64,000 nt of DNA, from positions 166,514 through 230,513 of the forward strand of contig CAVOSL010000002.1 in NCBI GenBank assembly GCA_963698865.1, written 5' to 3'. Below, piece by piece: positions 28,946 to 37,078 of the stretch (the stretch's first letter is position 1; the number at the start of each line of letters is the position of its first letter). The DNA comes from an uncultured Acidobacteriaceae bacterium (GTDB lineage: Bacteria > Acidobacteriota > Terriglobia > Terriglobales > Acidobacteriaceae). Both the position numbers and the translations under genes were made by a program. Under the pieces are notes generated by a model that saw only the letters and a list, made by a program, of their open reading frames with translations, ran no database searches and was not told where the DNA came from.

Positions 28946-29993
28946 ATGTCTCTGACCAAACAACAAGCCCTCGACCTGTTCCACTCCGACGACCTCATCG
29001 GAATCGGCATGGAAGCCGACGCCGTCCGCCGCCGCCTGCATCCCGAAGGCACCGTCACCTACATCATCGATCGCAATATTAATTACACGAATTTCTGTAC
29101 CGAATACTGCACCTTCTGCGCGTTCTATCGCCCGCTCAAGGGTCCCGCCGCCAAAGAGGGCTACATCCTCGACTTCGACACCATCTACGAAAAAATTCGC
29201 GAGACCGTCGAACTCGGCGGCACCGGTGTCCTGATGCAGGGAGGCCTGCATCCCGACCTCAAAATCGACTGGCACGAGAAGATGCTGCAGCGGCATCAAG
29301 CAGCGCTTCCCCAAAATCCACCTGCACTGCTACTCCGCATCCGAAATTCTTGCCATCGCCGAATACAGCAGTCTCACCGTGCGCGACACGATTGCGCGCC
29401 TGCGCGATGCAGGCCTCGATTCCATCCCCGGCGGCGGAGCCGAAATCTTGGACGACGAAGTCCGCTACAAGATCGCCCGCTTGAAATGCCTGACTGCCGA
29501 CTGGCTGGAGGTCCACCGCACCGCGCACCAGCTCGGCATGCGCACCACCGCAACCATGATGTTCGGCGTCGGCGAAACGTTCGAGCATCGCGTCAATCAT
29601 TTCGACGCCATCTATCGCCTCCAGGAAGAAACCGGCGGCTTCACCGCCTTCATCCCCTGGAGCTTCCAGCCCGCCAACACTGCCCTCGGCGGCCGCAAAT
29701 GGGACGAAGCCACGGCGGTCGAATACTTGAAAGTTCTCGCCATCTCGCGCATGTATCTTTCGAATTTCCTGAATGTGCAATCAAGCTGGGTGACGCAAGG
29801 GCTGAAAGTCTGCCAGATGGGCCTGCGCTTCGGCGGCAATGACGTGGGCTCGGTCATGCTGGAAGAAAACGTAGTGCGCGCGGCCGGCGTCACCAACTGC
29901 ACCACCGAAGAGGAGCTGCGCCGCATCATCCGCGATGCCGGCTTCCGCCCCGCCCAACGCGACACGCTCTACCGGCAATATTTCTTGAATTGA
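28946..29993 (+). CDS. radical SAM menaquinone-biosynthesis enzyme (MqnC/MqnE family), frameshifted in this assembly near 29291-29294
   Basis: NINYTNFCTEYCTFCAFY (CxxxCxxC) in the first frame. After ...HEKMLQR the sequence IKQRFPKIHLHCYSASEILAIAEYSSLTVRDTIARLRDAGLDSIPGGGAEIL continues in the frame of ORF 29379..29993. Confidence 0.8.
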
Positions 29994-30175
29994 ACTCTGG
30001 ATGACGGCCAGAGTCCAAGCGTGCAATTTATACCTCCAAAACCCACGTTTCCTGGATTGATGATGCCACTCTTATTGTTTAGAATCAATAGCTTAACGCT
30101 GTTTTCCTGATAGGACGAACTCCAGCCCGAGCCTGCGACCAGTTAGCTGAAGAAGAAGATCTAGGTTGACATTAT

Positions 30176-30192
30176 GGTAGCACGGTGCTACC
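30176..30192. promoter_or_regulatory. perfect palindrome GGTAGCAC-G-GTGCTACC, candidate MqsA operator
   Basis: 8-bp arms lying 12 nt upstream of the mqsR ATG. TTGACA at 30166-30171 sits immediately upstream. Confidence 0.4.
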
Positions 30193-30203
30193 TTCAATCG
30201 TGC

Positions 30204-30500
30204 ATGGGGAAACCGACTTACGCTCTGGATCTCATCAAGGGTCTAATGAAAGACGAAAGTTGGGTTCTGACCGAAATTGCACGAGACACCGCTACAGCAC
30301 TGGGCTTCGATGAAGAGGACATATACGACTGTATCGTCAACCACCTGGAGGACACCCATTTTTACAAGACGATGGAATCGGAGAAGAAGCAAGGGCTGTT
30401 TCAGGACGTTTATTACATCACGTATGGCGGCTATCGCTTGTACGTAAAACTGCAAGTCAACGTGGACGCAGTAGTAGTTTCGTTCAAAGAAAAAGATTAG
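30204..30500 (+). CDS. mqsR: type II toxin MqsR family
   Basis: MGKPTYALDLIKGLM...FYKTMESEKKQGLFQDVYYITYGGYRLYVKLQVNVDAVVVSFKEKD parallels E. coli MqsR ...FYKSMTTYSDHTIWQDVY...YLKITVIHDVLIVSFKEK (recalled from memory). Confidence 0.8.
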   Translation: MGKPTYALDLIKGLMKDESWVLTEIARDTATALGFDEEDIYDCIVNHLEDTHFYKTMESEKKQGLFQDVYYITYGGYRLYVKLQVNVDAVVVSFKEKD

Positions 30501-30512
30501 GAGCCGGGGCCA

Positions 30513-30971
30513 ATGAATTGCGCAGTGTGCGGTGGTTCGACAACCGAGGTCAGGGAAATCAAGAAGGCGAAGTACCGCGATGAAACGGTCGAGGTTGTAG
30601 CGGAGCTATTCCGTTGCGATTCCTGCAAAGAGGGTTTTGTTACGCCAAAACAAATGCGCATGCATGTTCGAGCGGTAAAGAATGAGGTGCGCAAGAAACA
30701 CGGGTTGCTGGCGCCGGAGAGAATTGTTGAAATACGACAAAAGTTGAAGCTCACTCAGAGTGCACTCGAAGAGGCGCTAGGTACAGGTCCCAAAATGGTG
30801 GTTCGATGGGAAAACGGCAAAGTGATTCAAAGCCGGGGCCACGATAATATGCTTCGCCTGCTTGAACGCGATCCTTCGGTACTGAAGTCCTTGCTGGCAA
30901 TCAAGAAAGCTCGATCCCTCGAGTTAAGAGCACACGCAAGTTCGAAACAAGGAGTACCTTTGAGGGCGTGA
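30513..30971 (+). CDS. mqsA: type II antitoxin MqsA family (zinc ribbon plus XRE HTH)
   Basis: CAVCGG...CDSC zinc ribbon, then IVEIRQKLKLTQSALEEALGTGPKMVVRWENGK HTH. Starts 13 nt after the mqsR stop. Confidence 0.8.
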   Translation: MNCAVCGGSTTEVREIKKAKYRDETVEVVAELFRCDSCKEGFVTPKQMRMHVRAVKNEVRKKHGLLAPERIVEIRQKLKLTQSALEEALGTGPKMVVRWENGKVIQSRGHDNMLRLLERDPSVLKSLLAIKKARSLELRAHASSKQGVPLRA

Positions 30972-31086
30972 ACGGGCGCTCGACTACCGGTCTATTTATC
31001 CAACCTTGAAGCAGCGGCAGTAAAGTTGGTCCGTTCCCCAATCCCCGTCGGTCTGACACATTGGCCTTTTCGTAGGAGGATGTCAC

Positions 31087-31575
31087 ATGGCTCAATCCAG
31101 CACGCGTGAACTGTTGGCTCACTTTGGCAACATTATGGAAGAACTGCGGCAGCGCGAAGTCATAAGGAGCTCAAATAACCCCGTAGGAGACATTTGTGAA
31201 TCCCTCGTCGTGGAGGCCCTGAAGTTGCAGCGATTGGATGCCTCTCACAGGGGTTGCGACGCCGTGGATCCCGCCACCCAGAAGCACTACGAAATCAAGG
31301 GCCGCAGAGTCACGAGACACAACACTTCCACGCAGCTGAGCGTCATCCGAGATCTCGATTCGTGTCAGTTTGATTACCTCGTTGGCGTTCTCCTTGATGA
31401 AACCTTCGCCGTCACCCACGCTTATTGCATCCCCCACCAGACGGTCCGAGAAATCGCCGTCTTTCGTAAATACGTCAATGGCTCGATACTTCACCTGACA
31501 CCCGCGTTGCTAAAGCACCCTGGGGTTCGTGACATAACTAAGGAGCTGAGGGAAGCGCAGAGCGAATGGGATTAG
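31087..31575 (+). CDS. orphan PD-(D/E)XK-like nuclease-fold protein (hypothetical)
   Basis: GCDAVD...(7 aa)...YEIKGRR matches a D...(E/Q)xK core. No partner methylase is nearby. Confidence 0.4.
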   Translation: MAQSSTRELLAHFGNIMEELRQREVIRSSNNPVGDICESLVVEALKLQRLDASHRGCDAVDPATQKHYEIKGRRVTRHNTSTQLSVIRDLDSCQFDYLVGVLLDETFAVTHAYCIPHQTVREIAVFRKYVNGSILHLTPALLKHPGVRDITKELREAQSEWD

Positions 31576-31606
31576 CTCTCAAGTCCACGACTTCGGCGAC
31601 GGCCAT

Positions 31607-33283
31607 GTGAGCCCATCAGGTACAATTCTTCCTCTGCACCTTTTTTCTTCGATGTTAATGGCATTTCTACTTCGACCCTCGTCGTTCGCCCTGTTCCTCG
31701 CCTCCAAAGGCTTGGTCCCCTATTTCCGCCAGCACTTCCTCGACAAGACCTTTCAGGGCCTCTACCAGATCAACGCCTTCGATCTCGCCCTCCTCGTTCC
31801 CTACTTCATCGTCCTCATCATCCTCGCGGCCTACGGCGGCCACCGCTACTGGCTCGTCTATCTTTATTACAAGCACAAGAAGAACAAGACGACCGAGCCG
31901 TCCGGGCACTTCGATGAACTGCCGCGCGTCACCGTGCAGCTCCCAATCTTCAACGAGCAATACGTCGTCGATCGCCTCCTCGACGCCGTCTGCCGCCTCG
32001 ACTACCCACGCGAGAAGCTCGACATCCAACTCCTCGACGACTCCACCGACGAGACCGTCGAAGTCGCCCGCGCGCTAGTCGAGCGCTACGCCGCGCTCGG
32101 TAATCCGGTCAGCTATATCCACCGCGCAAATCGCCATGGCTTCAAGGCAGGGGCCCTCGAAGCCGGCCTTCAATCCGCCCAGGGTGAATTCGTCGCCATC
32201 TTCGACGCCGATTTCGTTCCGCCGCCCGACTTCCTGCTCAAGTGCATCCACCACTTCACCGACCCAAAAATCGGCATGGTGCAAACCCGCTGGACGCACA
32301 TCAATCGAGGCTACTCTCTGCTGACGCAGGTCGAGGCCATCCTCCTCGACGGTCACTTCGTCCTCGAGCACTCCGGACGCGCCCGCAGCGGTGTCTTCTT
32401 CAATTTCAACGGCACTGCTGGCATGTGGCGGCGCAAAGCGATAGACGAGGCTGGCGGCTGGGAGCACGACACCCTCACTGAGGACACCGATCTCTCCTAT
32501 CGCGCCCAATTAAAAGGATGGAAGTTCCTCTACCTCCAGGACGTTGAGTGCCCTGCCGAACTCCCCGTCGAAATGACAGCCTTCAAAACCCAGCAGGCAC
32601 GCTGGGCCAAGGGTCTGATTCAAGTCTCCAAGAAAATTTTGCCGCAAGTTTTCGCCAGCGACGCCTCGCGCCACCAGAAAGTCGAAGCCTGGTATCACCT
32701 GACCGCCAATCTCTCTTACCCGCTGATGATTGTGTTGTCGGTCCTTCTGCTGCCCGCCATGATCATCCGCTTTTATCAGGGATGGTTCCAGATGCTTTAC
32801 ATCGACCTCCCGCTCTTCATGGCGTCGACGTTTTCCATCTCCAGCTTTTATCTCGTCTCGCAGAAAGAATTGTTTCCGAAGAGCTGGGTGCGTTCCCTGC
32901 TCTACCTGCCTCTGCTCATGGCTCTCGGCATCGGCCTGACCATCACCAACACGCGCGCCGTCCTCGAAGCCCTGGTCGGCAAGCAGACCTCCTTTGTGCG
33001 CACCCCCAAATACCGCGTCGAATCGAAGAAGGATAAAGTGGGCGCAAACAAATACCGCAAGCGCCTGGGCTGGGTGCCGTGGATTGAAATAGCGATTGGC
33101 TGCTACTTCGCGCTGACGGTCTACTACGCCATCGACAACGAAAACTACTTCACGGTGCCATTCCTGTTGCTGTTCGTGATCGGCTACTGGTGCACAGGAC
33201 TAATGTCGTTATTGCAAGGCCGCTTTGCAGGATTGCAAGTAGGCTCAGAGGCTCACACCAAGCCGTTCCCAGTAGGAGTGTAA
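31607..33283 (+). CDS. family 2 glycosyltransferase (processive, CslA/cellulose-synthase-like), membrane-embedded
   Basis: VQLPIFNEQYV, LLDDSTDET (DxD), IFDADF, TEDTDLSYR, QQARWAKG (QxxRW), and multiple C-terminal TM helices. Start uncertain: GTG 31607 or ATG 31652/31658. Confidence 0.85.
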   Translation: MSPSGTILPLHLFSSMLMAFLLRPSSFALFLASKGLVPYFRQHFLDKTFQGLYQINAFDLALLVPYFIVLIILAAYGGHRYWLVYLYYKHKKNKTTEPSGHFDELPRVTVQLPIFNEQYVVDRLLDAVCRLDYPREKLDIQLLDDSTDETVEVARALVERYAALGNPVSYIHRANRHGFKAGALEAGLQSAQGEFVAIFDADFVPPPDFLLKCIHHFTDPKIGMVQTRWTHINRGYSLLTQVEAILLDGHFVLEHSGRARSGVFFNFNGTAGMWRRKAIDEAGGWEHDTLTEDTDLSYRAQLKGWKFLYLQDVECPAELPVEMTAFKTQQARWAKGLIQVSKKILPQVFASDASRHQKVEAWYHLTANLSYPLMIVLSVLLLPAMIIRFYQGWFQMLYIDLPLFMASTFSISSFYLVSQKELFPKSWVRSLLYLPLLMALGIGLTITNTRAVLEALVGKQTSFVRTPKYRVESKKDKVGANKYRKRLGWVPWIEIAIGCYFALTVYYAIDNENYFTVPFLLLFVIGYWCTGLMSLLQGRFAGLQVGSEAHTKPFPVGV

Positions 33284-33711
33284 AAAGCATTGAATCATTG
33301 AGAGATTGAGGGATTGAGAGATTGAGGTATTAGAAAACCAAATCAGCGGCGTACCCCAAGGGCAGTTCAATCACTCAATACCTCAATCAGTCAATGACAG
33401 GCTCACACCAAGCCGTTCCCAGTAGGAGTGTAAAAAGCATTGAATCATTGAGAGATTGAGGGATTGAGAGATTGAGGGATGAGATTGAGGTATTAGAAAA
33501 CCAAATCAGCGGCGTACCCCAAGGGCAGTTCAATCACTCAATACCTCAATCAGTCAATGACAGGCTCACACCAAGCCGTTCCCAGTAGGAGTGTAAAAAG
33601 CATTGAATCATTGAGAGATTGAGGGATTGAGAGATTGAGGTATTAGAAAACCAAATCAGCGGCGTACCCCAAGGGCAGTTCAATCACTCAATACCTCAAT
33701 CAGTCAATGAC
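33249..33711. repeat. tandem array, 3 units (150/163/150 bp); each unit is the last ~35 nt of the GT2 CDS plus an octamer-arm hairpin
   Basis: aggctcacaccaagccgttcccagtaggagtgtaa recurs at 33249, 33399 and 33562. Each copy is followed by a NATTGAGN x5-7 arm, a 38-nt loop and a tcaat-word arm. Confidence 0.9.
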
Positions 33712-33741
33712 TCAATAATTTCACTCAATGATTCAATAACT

Positions 33742-35373
33742 TCACCTCGGCAGCTTAAAGTCCACCGTAATCCTCATCGGATTCTTCACCGCCTTGCCGT
33801 CCAGCACAAACGGCTTATACCGCCACCTCTTTACCGCATCGACCGCCGCCACGATGAGCATGGGCTGCCCCTGCACAATCTTTACGTCACTCACCGTTCC
33901 ATCTTCCATCACCATCGCATCCATCACGACTGCGCCTTCGACGCGCAGGGATTTGGCTTGCGGCGGATAAACCGGCGGCACGCGATGGATCAACTGCCCG
34001 CCCGAAACACCTCGCGATATTCTTTGCGCCGCCAGCGTCGGCACCATAGCCTGCGACGACAAAACGCCTGTAAGCGTTGCCGGTGATTGATCGATAACGA
34101 GCGTCGGAGGGCTAACCGCCGCGAGTTCTTCTTTATTCGCCGCGGCGGAGTCCTTGCTCGTCGCGCTCAATCCATCCGGCCCTGCACTTGATCCCGAGGC
34201 CTCCGACGCCCGAGCGCCGTTCGCCGCGCCCGCAGTCGAAACCGTCTGCGCCTTGATCTTCTTCGCCTCGGCCGCATCGAGTTGCTCGGCGGTCTTCACT
34301 GTCTTCGCCGCCGAGGGCTTGCCGCTCGAAGCCAGCAACTGTCCCCCGGGATTCGGCTTCCACACCGCATCGTTGTCGGGAACATGTTGCCCCGCCACCG
34401 GCTGTTCCACCGGCCGCACCTCCGCACCCCGCACAATGCTGCTGACCGCCGATGAGGCCGGCGCCGCCGCATGAGCCTTGCTCTCACTCCCGTCATTCCC
34501 GCGCCAGCCCAGCCAGATCACGAAGCCAAGGAGGAGCATCGCCAAAAGTCCCACCGCGCCCAGAACCAGCGGCCGCCTTCCTACCAGCGCCCGCACGAAA
34601 TCTACAAACCGATCCGAGGCCGGCAAAAGTCCCGGAGGGCCCGGTTTTTCCAGTGGTGCCTTCACCACCATCGGTGCCGCTACCGGCGACGCTCCCACCG
34701 GCTTCGCGGCGCGCGCCCGTTCCGCCAACCCCGCTAAGTGCTCCAGAACCGCCAAGTGATGCGTGCTGAATGCCCCCGGCTCGGTCGAAAATACCTCCAG
34801 GATTCCATTGTTTCCGCGCTCGCCCTGAATCGGGATCACGGCGATCGAACGCAACCCGAGCGTGCGGCAAACTTCGACATCCACCAGCCGGTTCTTTTCC
34901 GTATCGACGCAATGCTGAACCTTGCCCGTCCGCAGGCATTCGCCCGAAATTCCCGTGTCCGCGCTCAAGCGCGCCCCCAGCGGCGGAGCCGTCTCTCCGC
35001 TGCGCGCCCGGCACACCATCGCCCCGTCTTTCCACATTGCCAGCGCGACTCCCGTGGCGCCCGTCAGCAACGATGCCGCGTCCGCAATTGCCCCCAGTAT
35101 CGGGTCCAGCCGGTGTTCTCCCGCCGCCACCAGTTCTCTGAGCGTCGAGAGCACCTGCGGCTCATCCGGATCGCCATTGCGTAGAGGCGCTGCTGCGGCC
35201 GCCACACCGCGGCCGCCGCTATTAGAAACATTTTCGGAAGGATTGGACCTTGCCTGAAGAACAGCCACAGATTTTCTCTCAATTCGCAAGAATTGGCTGG
35301 AACTATAGCCTAAACGAAGGTGGCGAAGGTATTGATTGCATCGGAGTATGAGCCAACTTCCCGCCACTGTCAA
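33742..35373 (-). CDS. GAF-domain / TM / TonB C-terminal-domain fusion protein
   Basis: N-terminal GAF-like region (ILGAIADAASLLTGATGVALAMW...IAVIPIQGERGNNGILEVFS), a TM helix (LVLGAVGLLAMLLLGFVIWLGW), and the C-terminal TonB block PPVYPPQAKSLRVEGAVVMDAMVMEDGTV...KRWRYKPFVLDGK. The start is uncertain. Confidence 0.7.
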   Translation of the reverse strand: MTVAGSWLILRCNQYLRHLRLGYSSSQFLRIERKSVAVLQARSNPSENVSNSGGRGVAAAAAPLRNGDPDEPQVLSTLRELVAAGEHRLDPILGAIADAASLLTGATGVALAMWKDGAMVCRARSGETAPPLGARLSADTGISGECLRTGKVQHCVDTEKNRLVDVEVCRTLGLRSIAVIPIQGERGNNGILEVFSTEPGAFSTHHLAVLEHLAGLAERARAAKPVGASPVAAPMVVKAPLEKPGPPGLLPASDRFVDFVRALVGRRPLVLGAVGLLAMLLLGFVIWLGWRGNDGSESKAHAAAPASSAVSSIVRGAEVRPVEQPVAGQHVPDNDAVWKPNPGGQLLASSGKPSAAKTVKTAEQLDAAEAKKIKAQTVSTAGAANGARASEASGSSAGPDGLSATSKDSAAANKEELAAVSPPTLVIDQSPATLTGVLSSQAMVPTLAAQRISRGVSGGQLIHRVPPVYPPQAKSLRVEGAVVMDAMVMEDGTVSDVKIVQGQPMLIVAAVDAVKRWRYKPFVLDGKAVKNPMRITVDFKLPR

Positions 35374-35692
35374 GGAAACTCAACGCTCTGCCAGTGTCTT
35401 CGTTTGTCATCGTGAGCAAGACGCCTTTTTGTCTCGCGAAGGACCTGGGGCGAGCCGCGCGAACCGGGGTCCCCAGACGGCACGTTTTTCGCCGGCTGGC
35501 GTGGAGAAGCGTCGCGTTCTTTGCGACGCAAAAATCGCGCGTTTGGCTCGCATCCTTATTCCTTCCCATCCCTCGGATGACCTCGCGCCATCCGGCACCT
35601 TAGTCGGGCATCAAACTAACCAATCATCCCCCACTCCCCTGCGTGCTACGCTGATAGCGCTCTGGTTTCTGGCAAGGTTTCGCGCTACGACA

Positions 35693-36937
35693 TTGCTGGG
35701 ATCCAATTTAAAAAAGCTTTTGCGCACCGTTGAAGCTCTGGCCGATCTCGGGCCGCAACTCACCGCGGACCACGACTTTCGCCAGACGACGCGCACTATT
35801 CTCTCCGCCGCCATGGAGGCTGCGGGCGCGCGTGAAGCTGTTCTGTTCTCATTCGGCGAGCGGCCCTCCATGCTCACCTCCCTCGACGCGCAAGGGTTCG
35901 CGCTCATGCCCGACCCGGCCATCATCCCCCTGCTCCCCCGGCAAGTCCACATGCTCACCGCCGCCAGCGGCGCGGTCATTCTCAATAGCGCGACCACCGA
36001 CGTCTATCTCAGCTCCAACGGCAACGTCGCGCCCGAACTTTTCCATTGCGTCTGCGCTTTAAAAGTTCGCGGCAAACTGGTGGGAGCAATCGCCTTGGGA
36101 CGCCGCCCCGGCGAAGCCGCCTACGAGGAAGACTCCCTCGCTGCCCTCGAAATGATCGCCAGCTACGTCGCGCTCGCCATTCAAAATCACACGCTCACCC
36201 AGACGCTGGCCCAGCGCGTCTCCGAAAATCTTCGCCTCCTCGCCTCCCTTCACGGCTTCTACGACAACGCCCTCGAAGCCTTCGCCACCGCCATCGACGT
36301 CAAGCACGTCAACATTCATGGCCACTCGCTGCGCGTCGGCCGCTACGCCCAAGCCATCGGCGAAGCGCTCGGCATGGAACCAGGCGAGGTCGCGCCTCTC
36401 CGTTCCGCCGGCTACCTGCACGACATCGGCAAAGTCGCCGTCGATACCCGCCTCTTCGGCAAACCCTCGTCGCTTAACGATGAAGAAGCCCGCGCCATGC
36501 GCGACCACACCACGGTCGGCCACCAGATCGTCAGCCAGGTGCAATTCCCTTGGCCGCAGATTCCCGAGATCGTGCGCTGGCATCACGAGCGCGCCGACGG
36601 CTCCGGCTACCCCGACGGCTTGCACGGAGACGAGATGCCGCGCGCTGTCCGTATCATTGCCCTTGCCGATGCCTTCGACGCCATGACCACCGAGCGCCCC
36701 TACCGCGCGCGCATGACGGTGGGTACCGCGCTCCAGGAGCTGATTCGCATGACGCCCGAAAAATACGATCCGCAAGCGGTACAAGCCTTGCTGATCCAGG
36801 TCCGCCGCGATGCGGTTGGCAGCAACCGCCTCCCCATCCTGGAACCCGGCTTAGTCAACGTCTCGCCCGCCGACATCGACCAGCTAGCTTCAACGCTCCA
36901 ACACCGCACGACCAGGGCCCGTGTGTATCTCACCTAA
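35693..36937 (+). CDS. GAF-domain HD-GYP phosphohydrolase (c-di-GMP phosphodiesterase-like)
   Basis: HSLRVGRYAQAIG, GYLHDIGKVAV, WHHERADGSGYPDGL. ORF is open from 35336, but 35374-35690 contains repeat motifs. The TTG at 35693 is my best guess for the start. Confidence 0.75.
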   Translation: MLGSNLKKLLRTVEALADLGPQLTADHDFRQTTRTILSAAMEAAGAREAVLFSFGERPSMLTSLDAQGFALMPDPAIIPLLPRQVHMLTAASGAVILNSATTDVYLSSNGNVAPELFHCVCALKVRGKLVGAIALGRRPGEAAYEEDSLAALEMIASYVALAIQNHTLTQTLAQRVSENLRLLASLHGFYDNALEAFATAIDVKHVNIHGHSLRVGRYAQAIGEALGMEPGEVAPLRSAGYLHDIGKVAVDTRLFGKPSSLNDEEARAMRDHTTVGHQIVSQVQFPWPQIPEIVRWHHERADGSGYPDGLHGDEMPRAVRIIALADAFDAMTTERPYRARMTVGTALQELIRMTPEKYDPQAVQALLIQVRRDAVGSNRLPILEPGLVNVSPADIDQLASTLQHRTTRARVYLT

Positions 36938-37078
36938 ATCCACGACGGTGTAAAATCTAGGCTTCGCGTCCATCGCCGTCTGCACTTTGTGGAAAACGCC
37001 TTTGTGCAATCGCGGCATCAAATCGACGCCGGCTTCATCTAATCAGGCAAGTTACGTTGACTTGCGAGGAGACCATCG

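Noticed and set aside
35336-35692. N-terminal extension of the HD-GYP ORF from TTG 35336.
   Set aside because: It overlaps the divergent gene start, contains the dispersed gtcatc...gcgaaggacc motif, and translates to Arg/Ser/Pro-rich sequence with no GAF homology. A later start (about 35693) is more plausible but unverified.
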